A stretch of DNA of 63,941 nucleotides, counting the filler, from Deltaproteobacteria bacterium (GTDB taxonomy: Bacteria > JAUYMQ01): assembly GCA_030698575.1 (NCBI GenBank). It is 12 parts of 12 records of this genome, joined end to end, with 100 filler letters (N's around TTAATTAATTAA, not from the genome) between each part and the next. Parts side by side here need not be neighbours in the genome. Positions count along the whole stretch, not along the records: positions 19,145 to 22,325 come from JAUYMQ010000030.1; positions 22,426 to 25,933 come from JAUYMQ010000033.1; positions 26,034 to 29,876 come from JAUYMQ010000035.1; 9 more parts are not named here. One strand, 5' to 3'. The notes beneath the pieces were generated by a model. It saw only the letters and a list, made by a program, of their open reading frames with translations. It ran no database searches and was not told the DNA's origin. Every line of letters starts with the position of its first letter. Within the stretch, counting starts at the first letter, position 1. Both the position numbers and the translations under genes were made by a program. Positions 19,334-28,501 of the stretch are shown here, in pieces.

Positions 19334-22216
19334 CTAAGAGCTGCGAATCCGCGCCCGGCGCCGCCCGCGGGCGAAGGCGAGGAGGGCAAGGAACATAGCC
19401 GCGCCCCAGCCCGATAGCGCAGGGACGGCGCCGCCCGCAGGTGTGCTGCCCGCATCGGCGGGATTGGAGCCGGCGTCGATCTCGTCCCGGTCCTGGAATC
19501 CGTCGAGATCGCGGTCGAGGCCCATGCGGCCACCCGATCCGACCGGGACCGCCATGAAGGTCAACTCAGCGCCCGCGCCGGCCATGGTTCTTAGCGCTGC
19601 AGCGTCGATCGGCGGCTCGGAGGCCCTGTCGGGCTGGCAGCTGGCCTGCGTCGCGCTCACCGAAAGGCAGCGGAAGCTCCGCGGTATCCCGCCGAACACT
19701 CCCCCGACGATGAGATCAATCCCCCCCTGACTGAGCACGAGAAACATCGAGTCGAGTTCGGCAATCAGCGCCGCGTCCCCGTTGTTCGCACCATCGAACG
19801 TTATTGCGTGCCCCACGGTCGCCGCCGGGCCCGTCGGGAACTGGTTCATGAAATCGACGATGTTGATCTTGGCCGTCACGTCGGTCCCGAAGGTGAACAC
19901 CGGCGCGCTCACGAAGTTGAACAGCGTATCCACCGCGCCGTCGTGCGTCAGGCCGAATCCGTTGCGGGTGAAGGCCGGAACGGGAATGGCCGCCAGCGGC
20001 AGCGCCGCGTAACCCGTCTTCTCGTACATGTTGCGAAGGTGCGGCACCTTGAGCGCCTCGTTCCCGCCGTCCGCCAGCGCATTGATGAAGCGGCTGTTGG
20101 TCCCCGTCGGGAGCGTGTGGCATTGGTTGCAGGTGCGAACGTTCGCATCGCGCAGGATCGACATGTAGTCGGTCATCCCCGCGGCGGCGCTTGCCGTGAA
20201 CGTGTCGTCGAGGTTGCGGTTCGGGTTCGGCGGGAACCGAACCGTCATGATGAAGTCGGTGTACGCGTTCATCTCGGTCGTGGTGAGCTGGGCGTCGTTC
20301 TTGAGGAGTCCGGGGAACGCCTTGTTGAAGGCCTGGAAGTTCGCCCGGTCGCCGCGCCAGTGCAGCGGCTCGGTGCCGCCGAGGTCGCGCAGCGTCTGCG
20401 TCGTCTGCGGGCCCTTGAGCGGATGGAACGGGCCGCAGCCGCCCACGTTCGGATTGGCCCCGCAGTCACCCGGGAAGCCCGAGGCCGACTGGGGGGGGCG
20501 CTGATCGTAAGGGAAGGTGTCGGTCGGGTCGCCGAGATCCCAGGCCAGCAGATCGAAGTCGCCGAAGGCGTGGCAGGTGGCGCAGGCGACGTCCCCGCGC
20601 CCGGATGTGAGCTGGGCGTCGTAGAGGAACTTCCGCCCCGTCTTGATGGCCGCCGGCTCCGGATTGAAGAGAGCGACGCGCGGAAGCACTTCGGTGTTGA
20701 TGCTCGTGTTCACGACCGAGATCGTGTTCTCGTGCCGGTTCAGCACGTAAAGACGATTCGCCGATTCCTTCAGCGCAACGCCCGTCGGCCCCTCGCCCAC
20801 GTCGATGCGCGCGAGCATCGAGCCCGGCACCGCGCTCGTGTCCACGACGGCGACCTTCCGCGAGAGGATCGCGGCCGCGTAGAGTCGCGTGCCCGCCGCG
20901 TTGAAAGCCATGCCGTTGGGCTGGCCGATGCTCTGCGCCTGGGCGATCGTGGCGATGTCTGCGCTGTAGTCGATGTGCGGATTCAGATCCACGAAGCCCG
21001 AGATCGTGGTCCCCGTGGCCACGGTGATCCGGGTGTCGACAAGATGGCCGTTGAGCGAGACCGTGCAGGGCTCGGCCCCTTCACAAACACCGTCCTCGTC
21101 CCCCTGCGCGTCGCCCAGTATTTCCAGGCTCGCCTCGAAACGCACGTGATTGCGGGCGTCGGTGTTCGCGACGTACAGGCGCTGTGTGAGGGGATGCACC
21201 GCCACCCCGAAGTTGAGCGTCCCGGTGCTCTGAACGTAGCCCGAGACCAGGGGCGTCGCGGCGTCGGCGTCGATTACCGCCACATCGCGATCGCGCATCT
21301 GCATCACCGTCCCGCCGCCGGCCCCTCCCGCCACCGAGTCGAGCAGGTTGTTCCAGGAGTTGTTGTTGTCGTCGCACCACGCGCTGGCCGGGGATCCCGT
21401 GCAGTCCCGCCACTTCGCAATGATGGACGTGCCGGGCCGGTCGTTGAAGGGAGAGCTGGCCGCGTTGTAGCCCGGCGGAGGCGGCACGATGGCGCCGAGG
21501 TAGGGGCTTGCGGGATCCGCGGCCCGGCTGCCCGCGTTGTCGCCGGCGATTATCGTTGTCTGGTTCCCCGAGTAGAAAACCGCGGCGTAAACCTCGGTCC
21601 CGGTGCTGTTCCGCGCGAGCGCGCGCGGGTCCTCGCCATCAATCTGCAGGAAGAAGAGCGGGGTCGTGGGAGCGACCGCGTCGAAGACGTCCACCCGGTT
21701 GCGCTGCGAGAGGCACACGAAAGCCCGGGGATCACCCGTTCCGCCGGCGAAGACGACGTCCGTCGGCTCGTCGCCCCGGCAATCCTTCGCCGTCCCCGCA
21801 CCGGTGCAGCAGTCGAAGGGGGCGCGAACCCCCGTGCAGGAAGCGGCCAGCGGGGAGTTTCGGAGACTGAGTGTCCGCTTCACCCGTTCCTGCCCGGACG
21901 TCAGATCCACGATGCTGATCGAATCGGAGAGGTGGTTCACCACCCAGGCTTCGCCGTTGGTCCGGGCGCGCACGCTCACCGGCTCGAGGCCAACCGGAAC
22001 TTCCGCGAGCAGGGCCAGCTCGCCGGCAACGCCGACGGAGAAGATCAACAGCCGGGCGTCGGGGGTGTTGAGCGCAAGCAGCCTGGAGCCGTCGGGCGTA
22101 ATCTCGAGCGGGTGGATCTGATGGCTCTCGAAATTCGTGTAGGAGGTTTGGGCGTGGGCCGCCGCCGGCCAGACGAGAACCAGCGCCGCGAACAGCGCGA
22201 TCAACAAAATCCGCAT
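19334..22216 (-). CDS. Secreted YVTN beta-propeller + di-heme cytochrome c protein with IPTL-CTERM-like sorting tail
   Basis: Signal peptide; propeller repeats (VPVGLEPVSV, WVVNHLSDSISIVD, IDVGEGPTG); CATCH and CNQCH; TQTLR, PLHWRGDR, KVPHLRN; DRDLDGFQD; AVPALSGWG + TM + RRR. Confidence 0.85.
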   Translation of the reverse strand: MRILLIALFAALVLVWPAAAHAQTSYTNFESHQIHPLEITPDGSRLLALNTPDARLLIFSVGVAGELALLAEVPVGLEPVSVRARTNGEAWVVNHLSDSISIVDLTSGQERVKRTLSLRNSPLAASCTGVRAPFDCCTGAGTAKDCRGDEPTDVVFAGGTGDPRAFVCLSQRNRVDVFDAVAPTTPLFFLQIDGEDPRALARNSTGTEVYAAVFYSGNQTTIIAGDNAGSRAADPASPYLGAIVPPPPGYNAASSPFNDRPGTSIIAKWRDCTGSPASAWCDDNNNSWNNLLDSVAGGAGGGTVMQMRDRDVAVIDADAATPLVSGYVQSTGTLNFGVAVHPLTQRLYVANTDARNHVRFEASLEILGDAQGDEDGVCEGAEPCTVSLNGHLVDTRITVATGTTISGFVDLNPHIDYSADIATIAQAQSIGQPNGMAFNAAGTRLYAAAILSRKVAVVDTSAVPGSMLARIDVGEGPTGVALKESANRLYVLNRHENTISVVNTSINTEVLPRVALFNPEPAAIKTGRKFLYDAQLTSGRGDVACATCHAFGDFDLLAWDLGDPTDTFPYDQRPPQSASGFPGDCGANPNVGGCGPFHPLKGPQTTQTLRDLGGTEPLHWRGDRANFQAFNKAFPGLLKNDAQLTTTEMNAYTDFIMTVRFPPNPNRNLDDTFTASAAAGMTDYMSILRDANVRTCNQCHTLPTGTNSRFINALADGGNEALKVPHLRNMYEKTGYAALPLAAIPVPAFTRNGFGLTHDGAVDTLFNFVSAPVFTFGTDVTAKINIVDFMNQFPTGPAATVGHAITFDGANNGDAALIAELDSMFLVLSQGGIDLIVGGVFGGIPRSFRCLSVSATQASCQPDRASEPPIDAAALRTMAGAGAELTFMAVPVGSGGRMGLDRDLDGFQDRDEIDAGSNPADAGSTPAGGAVPALSGWGAAMFLALLAFARGRRRARIRSS

Positions 22217-22425
22217 GAGGGCTCCTCTTTCTCCCGCCGACCATGCACCGAAAGAGGAGGGTTCCCGTTCCGCTGCCATCGCCCGTTCACCGGGAGGTAC
22301 CCCGAGGGGCCGGCCCGGGTGCGAGNNNNNNNNNNNNNNNNNNNNNNNNNNNNNNNNNNNNNNNNNNNNTTAATTAATTAANNNNNNNNNNNNNNNNNNN
22401 NNNNNNNNNNNNNNNNNNNNNNNNN

Positions 22426-22897
22426 ACTCGCCCTTCTTGATGGACTGACGGTTAAGGAGCGCGAGACTCTTAGCGGCCGCGTCGAAGTCCCCTTCGCTTG
22501 ACAGATCGGCGGAGAAAGCGAGTACGGATTCTATGCCTTCGTCGAAGGTGAGGTGGTAGAGGTTCCAGACAACTCCGTTCGTAAGCAACACCCACTCGAA
22601 GTTGTTCTTCGATGCGTACTGTTCGGCCTGCTCGATATGGCGCTCACGCAGCGTGACCCCAGCCGCCTTTGCTTCAACGATCAGCTTCACGACGCCATCG
22701 ATCTTAAGCGCGATGTCGATGTATTTCCCCTTCAACTGCGCTTCGCGGCTGATCTCCGTGAGCGCGTCATACCCCAGCACCTCCTCGAGGACCTTGATCA
22801 ACCGCTGGACTGTATCCGCCTCATTTAGGTTGTCCTCCTGGGCTTGCAAGAGGTGCGGTAGGAACTTTCTAAGCGACCTTCGAATATTGAGTCCCAT
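22426..22897 (-). CDS. Stand-alone HsdR-N-like PD-(D/E)XK nuclease, intact as far as assembled (3' truncated by contig end)
   Basis: MGLNIRRSLRKFL...NEADT...YIDIAL...VEAK...EQAEQY...LTNG; AAGGAGG RBS. Confidence 0.85.
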
Positions 22898-23006
22898 GCC
22901 TACGCCTCCTTCGCATCGCGGATCATCCAGTACATGGCGGCACCGTGGGTGCCGAGTCACGCCAGCCGGGTCCCGGGGGCTCCATCCCGTCAGCCAGCTC
23001 GGAGCG

Positions 23007-23162
23007 TCACTTCAGCCCGAGCAGCTTCAGGAGGGACCGGCCCACCTTCCGCTCGCGCCCCTGCTTGCTGAGGGGGACGCCCGTCTTGCGCGAGACCTTG
23101 CCCTTGGCGCCCGAGACCCCCAGGGCGCGCTTCCAAGAGAACGAGAACCCGAGCTTGCCCAT
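23007..23162 (-). CDS. Small basic 51-aa protein (FSWKRALG type; not in the ORF track)
   Basis: Manual translation MGKLGFSFSWKRALGVSGAKGKVSRKTGVPLSKQGRERKVGRSLLKLLGLK; purine-rich RBS; conserved paralog at 16952. Confidence 0.75.
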   Translation of the reverse strand: MGKLGFSFSWKRALGVSGAKGKVSRKTGVPLSKQGRERKVGRSLLKLLGLK

Positions 23163-23268
23163 CCTGCCCCCCTTCGGGGCCGTGGCGGACCGGGGCGCCC
23201 GTGGGCGACTACTACCCCCGGGCGCCTTTTCATGCCCGCCTCGAGGCCGGCAGGCCCGCCCCGCTCGA

Positions 23269-23287
23269 TAGCTGAGCGTTAGCTGAG
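23269..23287 (-). repeat. Candidate arm-type sites downstream of tRNA-Lys
   Basis: CTCAGCTA twice at 11-bp period (CTCAGCTAACGCTCAGCTATC on the minus strand). Confidence 0.5.
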
Positions 23288-23308
23288 AACCCTGCCGCCT
23301 CTAAAAAG

Positions 23309-23384
<76 letters not shown>

Positions 23385-23406
23385 TGAACTTCTCCGTGGT
23401 GCGCTG

Positions 23407-23483
23407 TGGTGCGCCCGGGGTGACTCGAACACCCGACCTGCGGATTCGAAGTCCGACGCTCTATCCAACTGAGCTACGGGCGC
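23407..23483 (-). tRNA. tRNA-Arg(TCG)
   Basis: GCGCCCGTAGCTCAGTTGGATAGAGC...CTTCGAA...TTCGAGTC...CCA. Confidence 0.95.
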
Positions 23484-23521
23484 TAATCGTCTTGATCGGT
23501 TCCCCGCGGGAACCTTGAAAA

Positions 23522-23599
23522 TGGGGTGAGCGAGGGGACTTGAACCCCCGGCCTCCAGGGCCACAACCTGGCGCTCTAACCACCTGAGCTACGCCCACC
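23522..23599 (-). tRNA. tRNA-His(GTG) with encoded G-1
   Basis: GGTGGGCGTAGCTCAGGTGGTTAGAGC...TTGTGGC...TTCAAGTC...CCCA. Confidence 0.95.
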
Positions 23600-23671
23600 A
23601 TACTGTCCCCATCGGGAGGTGGCGCCCTGCCCGCTCTCGGGCTTCCTCGCCCTGCCTCACGATGATCTATC

Positions 23672-23749
23672 TGGTGCGCCCGGCGTGATTCGAACACGCG
23701 ACCCGCGGATTAGAAGTCCGCTGCTCTATCCAGGCTGAGCTACGGGCGC
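23672..23749 (-). tRNA. tRNA-Arg(TCT)
   Basis: GCGCCCGTAGCTCAGCCTGGATAGAGC...CTTCTAA...TTCGAATC...CCA. Confidence 0.95.
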
Positions 23750-23889
23750 CTGTCGCCGGAGACGCGTCATTCGAAACAGCACCGCGCCGGGAATCTCCAG
23801 ATTAACGAAAACGAAACCGGCCCGCACGCCAGCGCACGCTCCGGCGATCGAGGGTGGCGGGAATGCCGCCACGGCGCGGCGGCGAAGCT

Positions 23890-23918
23890 TAGTTATCACC
23901 GGCAGCGGTCTGTGTCAA
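23890..23918 (-). promoter_or_regulatory. Putative sigma70 promoter of the tRNA operon
   Basis: Perfect TTGACA with an imperfect AT-rich -10-like GATAACTA about 15-17 nt downstream. Confidence 0.4.
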
Positions 23919-23987
23919 GAAAAGGCGCGATAAAACGCGGGGGTAGCCGACCCCGGCGGACCCCGAAACAGGGACTGACCCGCTTCG

Positions 23988-25933
23988 CTACTCGACCTCC
24001 GAATACTTGCGAACCTGGGCGATCTGCGCGGCAAAGGTGTCCGGGTCGCTGGTCGGCAGGGCGCAGAGCTGTTTCTCGCAGACGTAGGCCGTCGCCCGTC
24101 CTTCCAGCGCCTTCTTCCCCTCGACCAGCGGCACGGCCGCGGAGAACGCCTCCGCCGGGGCCCCCTCCGCCGTCACCACGAGCACGCGGTTCGGGACGAA
24201 GGCCGCGCGAAGCTTGTCGAGCAGCGCGTCGGCGCTCGCCCCGGGCGCCGGCTTCACGATGACGATCTCCTTGGGCAGATCGTTCCGGAAATCGAGCGCG
24301 GCGAGCATCATCGGCGCCGCCCGCGGCGCCCGCGCGAGCAGCCCCGAAACGCCCTTCACGACGGCGTCGGCGCGCTTCCGGTACTCATCGTTCGAGGTGA
24401 ACTCGGCGAGCCGGAGGAGATTCAGCGCCGCAACGGAATTGCCCGACGGCAGCGCGCCGTCGTTGTCGGGCTTCTGGCGCGCGATGAGCTTCTCGCCGTC
24501 GGCGGGCGTCTGGAAGTAGCCGCCGGCCTCGGCGTCGATGAACCTCAACTCGAGGGCCTCCATGAGGCGCTCCGCCGCCTGAAGATCGCGCACGTCGCCG
24601 CCGGCTTCGAAGAGATCGAGAAACCCCGCCGCGAGAAAAGCGTAGTCCTCGAGCGTCCCCTCCGCGCTTGCCGTGCCATTGTTATAGATACGCATGAGCC
24701 GCCCGTCGGACTCTAGCTTCTCGAGAAGGAAGTCCGCCGTCCGCCGCGCCTGTGCCGTGTAGCGGGGCTCGCCGAGAACGAACCCGCCGCGCGCGAAGGC
24801 TGTGAGGGCGAGCCCGTTCCAGGCGGCGATGACCTTGGCGTCGGTATGAGGCGGCACGCGCCCGAGGCGCGCGTCGTAGAGTTTTCGCCGGGCCGCATCG
24901 ATTACCGCGCGCGCCTCATCCGGCTTCACCCCGACCGCGGCGGCGGCTTTATCGAGCGGCATCGCTACATGAAGAATGTTGGCGTGCTCGAAATTTCCCG
25001 CGGCGGTGACGCCGTAGTATCGCTTCACGAGCGCGGCTTCATTCGGTTCGAGCACGGCGTCGATCTCGTCCGGCGTCCAGACGAAGAACTTCCCCTCGAC
25101 CCCCTCGCTGTCGGCGTCGGTCGCCGAGTAGAAGCCCCCCTCAGGCGACTGCATCTCGCGCGCCAGGTAGTCGAGCGTCTCACGCGCGATGCGGGCGTAG
25201 GCTTCAATTCCCGTCACCTGGTAGGCGCTCAGATAGACCGAGACAAGCTGGGCGTTGTCGTAGAGCATCTTTTCGAAATGCGGAACGAGCCAGTTCGCGT
25301 CGGTCGAGTAGCGGTGAAAGCCGCCGCCGATCTGGTCGTAGATTCCTCCCGCCGCCATCGCGTCGAGCTGGCGCCTGATCATGACGAGGGTTCCGGACTC
25401 CTGCGTTCGCCGCTGGTTTCGGAGCAGGAACTCGAGAATTGAGGGCTGCGGAAACTTCGGCGCGCCGCTGAAGCCGCCCCGCGCCGCGTCGTGGCTCTGC
25501 CGGTAGGCGACGGCGGCAGACTGCATTTCACGAACGCCCGGCATCTGTTCGGCGGCGGGGCGCGCCGAGGCCTGGCGGATCGCTTCGGCCACCTTGTCTG
25601 CATGCGCCGCGATCTGGTCCCCCTCAGCGTCGTAAGCCGCGCGCAGGCGCTGCGCCAGGGTCAGAAAACCGGAGCCCGCGCCGCGATCGCCGTCACGCGC
25701 TGGAAAGTAGGTGCCGCCGAAAAAGGGTTTCCCGTCCGGCGTGAGCCAGACGGTCATCGGCCAGCCGCCCCGGCCCGTCATGAGATTCACGGCTGTCATG
25801 TATGTCTCGTCGATGTCCGGGCGTTCCTCGCGATCGACCTTGATGAGCACGTAATTCTCATTGAGGTAAGCGGCTATCTCCTCGTCCTCGAAAGACTCCC
25901 GCTCCATGACGTGGCACCAGTGGCAGGTCGAGT
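23988..25933 (-). CDS. YyaL/SSP411 thioredoxin-domain plus alpha/alpha-barrel protein, 5' truncated
   Basis: [59 protein letters not shown]. Confidence 0.93.
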
Positions 25934-26034
25934 NNNNNNNNNNNNNNNNNNNNNNNNNNNNNNNNNNNNNNNNNNNNTTAATTAATTAANNNNNNNNNNN
26001 NNNNNNNNNNNNNNNNNNNNNNNNNNNNNNNNNC

Positions 26035-27174
26035 AAGGCGCGGCGCCCGGCGGTTTTCTCGCTCCACTGCCCCTGTCCGCCCGAGCATGGGCCGGCCGAC
26101 GACGCGGCCAACAGGGCGTCGCGCCTCGCGCTCGAAAGCCGGGCCGTCCCCGTGCTAGTCTACGACCCGGGCGCCGGAGAGTCGCTTGCGGAATGCCTGA
26201 ACCTCGACGGAAACCCGTCCATCGATGAAACCTGGCCCGCCTATGAACTGAAGTATCGCGACGCCGAGGGGGCCGAACAGGCAATGACCCTGCCGCTCAC
26301 CGTCGCGGATTGGGCGGCCACCGAGACGCGCTTCAAGAAACACTTCACGCCGATCGCGCCGGACGCTCCCGACGAGGATCTCATGCTCTTCCACGAGTAC
26401 CTCGCCCTGGAGCCCGAGGAGCGCGAAGGGCGCGAGCCCTACATCTACACGCTCGACCGAGAAAGGCGCCTCGCCCGCTTCGCGGTGAGCCCCGAGATAG
26501 CGGAGCTGGCCGAGGACCGGCTCCGCCTCTGGCACCAGCTCCGACAGATGGCGGGACTCGAAGTTTCCGGGACGGTCCGGGACAGAGTGGCGGCGGAGAT
26601 CGAGGCCGAGTTCGAGCAGAAGGCCGAAGCGGTCCGGGCGGACTACGAACGCCGGATGGCGGACCTCAAGGTTCGCTACCCGCAGGTGATTGCACGGCGA
26701 CTTGCGGAAGGGCTCCTTCGGGGCAACGGAAGCCGCACTGTTTCCGAGATCCTGGCCGAGGTGGGGACCTCCCCTCTTCCACCGCTGACCATCGAGCCCC
26801 TCGAGCCGGCCCGGCCCGCCGAGCCGCTCGCGAAGACCGCGCCGGCCCCGGAGCCGGCCCCCGCCCAGGAATCGCCGGCGGCGCCTGCAACCGGGGGAGC
26901 GGCCGTCGCCGCGGACGAACCGCTCGTGATCGAGCCCTACATCGATTCGGCGCGCTGCACGACCTGCGACGAGTGCACGAACCTGAACCGAAAGTTGTTC
27001 GCCTACGACGAGAAGAAGCAGGCCTACATCAAGGATCCAAAGGCGGGCACCTTCAAGGACCTGGTGATCGGGGCGGAACGGTGCCCCGTCGGCATCATCC
27101 ATCCGGGCACGCCGCTCAACCCCAAGGAAAAGGGGCTCGACAAGCTCATCGAACGCGCGGCCAGGTTCAATTGA
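26035..27174 (+). CDS. C-terminus of a large PFOR-like protein ending in a ferredoxin domain, 5' truncated
   Basis: Frame open from the contig edge: PAVFSLHCPCPPEHG...ALESRAVPVLVYDP (PFOR beta-like), then a Pro/Ala linker and CTTCDEC...CPVGIIHPG. Confidence 0.8.
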   Translation, partial: KARRPAVFSLHCPCPPEHGPADDAANRASRLALESRAVPVLVYDPGAGESLAECLNLDGNPSIDETWPAYELKYRDAEGAEQAMTLPLTVADWAATETRFKKHFTPIAPDAPDEDLMLFHEYLALEPEEREGREPYIYTLDRERRLARFAVSPEIAELAEDRLRLWHQLRQMAGLEVSGTVRDRVAAEIEAEFEQKAEAVRADYERRMADLKVRYPQVIARRLAEGLLRGNGSRTVSEILAEVGTSPLPPLTIEPLEPARPAEPLAKTAPAPEPAPAQESPAAPATGGAAVAADEPLVIEPYIDSARCTTCDECTNLNRKLFAYDEKKQAYIKDPKAGTFKDLVIGAERCPVGIIHPGTPLNPKEKGLDKLIERAARFN

Positions 27175-27175
27175 A

Positions 27176-28501
27176 ATGCCCTCTCTCTGGCACACCTTCC
27201 GCCACGGGGTCCATCCGCCGGATCACAAGGAGCTGACGGCTTCCGTTCCGATCCGCCGTCTTCCCTTTCCCGCCGAGATCGTCCTGCCGCTGCGCCAGCA
27301 TGCCGGCAAGCCCGCCCGCCCGATCGTCCGCGAAGGGGACAGGGTCGAGCGCGGCGACACGGTGGCGGAGGCCGACGGCCAGTTCTCGGCGCCCATCCAC
27401 GCCTCCGCGGCGGGGCGGGTCGCGGCGATCGAGTTCTGGCCCCACCCGGAAGGGGTGCACGCCCCCGCTATCCGGATCGAGGTCGAGCGCTACTCCCCGC
27501 AGGCGCTGCGGCCCCGGATCATCCCGGAGTGGGAGGGCCTCACGCGCGAGGAGCTGATAGCCGCGGTCAGGGAATCCGGCGTGGTAGGCCTGGGCGGCGC
27601 GGCCTTTCCCGCGCACATCAAGCTGTCGCCTCCGCCCGAGTGTCCGATCGACACCCTGGTGGTCAACGGGTGTGAGTGCGAGCCCTACCTGACGACCGAC
27701 CATCGGACCATGGTCGAGTATCCGGACCGCGTTCAGCTTGGAATCCGGATCATGCTTTCCTGCCTGGGCGCGAAGCGGGCTGTGGTGGGGATCGAGCGCA
27801 ACAAGCCCGACGCCATCGCCGCGATCACCCGCACGCTGCCGGCCGACCTCGACGTCTCGGTGCTCGACCTGCGCGTGAAGTATCCTCAGGGTGCGGAGAA
27901 GCTCCTGATCCAGACGGTCCTGGGGCGGCAGGTTCCCTCCGGGAAGCTGCCGATGCACGTCGGTGTCGTGGTCCAGAACGTCGCGTCGCTGGCGACGATC
28001 GCCGAGGTGTTCGAGACCGGGCTCCCGCTCATCGAGCGAATCGTGACGGTCACGGGGCGCGGGATCAGGAATCCGGGCAACCTCATAGTGCCGGTAGGCA
28101 CCAAGCTTCGTGATCTGCTCGATGCATGCGGCGGATTCACATCCGACGCGCGCGAGGTGGTCTTCGGCGGCCCGATGATGGGCGTCGCGCAGGCCGATCT
28201 CGACGTTCCAATCACAAAAGGCACAACCGGGGTGATCGTTCTCTCGGAGGACGAGTGCAAGACCCAGCAGAGCTGGGCCTGCATCCGCTGCGGCCACTGC
28301 CTCGACGCCTGCCCGGTGTTCCTCAATCCCCAGATCCTCGGCTCACTCGCGAAAGCCGGCCGCTTCGAGGAAATGAACGCGCACCATCTGGCCGACTGCA
28401 TGCTGTGCGGCAGCTGTACCTACGTCTGCCCCTCGAACATTCCGCTATCCCAGCTCTTCGTTGCCGCGAAGGCGCAGGTCCGCAAGCTGAAGGTGGCATG
28501 A
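27176..28501 (+). CDS. rnfC: Rnf/Rsx electron transport complex subunit C
   Basis: QHAGKPA, GVVGLGGAAFP, NGCECEPYLTTD, KYPQGAEK, GGPMMG, CIRCGHCLDACP, CMLCGSCTYVCP. Confidence 0.95.
   Translation: MPSLWHTFRHGVHPPDHKELTASVPIRRLPFPAEIVLPLRQHAGKPARPIVREGDRVERGDTVAEADGQFSAPIHASAAGRVAAIEFWPHPEGVHAPAIRIEVERYSPQALRPRIIPEWEGLTREELIAAVRESGVVGLGGAAFPAHIKLSPPPECPIDTLVVNGCECEPYLTTDHRTMVEYPDRVQLGIRIMLSCLGAKRAVVGIERNKPDAIAAITRTLPADLDVSVLDLRVKYPQGAEKLLIQTVLGRQVPSGKLPMHVGVVVQNVASLATIAEVFETGLPLIERIVTVTGRGIRNPGNLIVPVGTKLRDLLDACGGFTSDAREVVFGGPMMGVAQADLDVPITKGTTGVIVLSEDECKTQQSWACIRCGHCLDACPVFLNPQILGSLAKAGRFEEMNAHHLADCMLCGSCTYVCPSNIPLSQLFVAAKAQVRKLKVA

Noticed and set aside
19808-22381. Long antisense/alternate-frame ORFs (for example 19808-22381, 45652-47376, 54511-56544, 4978-6210)
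   Set aside because: Shadow ORFs typical of high-GC coding DNA, overlapping well-supported genes and lacking recognisable motifs
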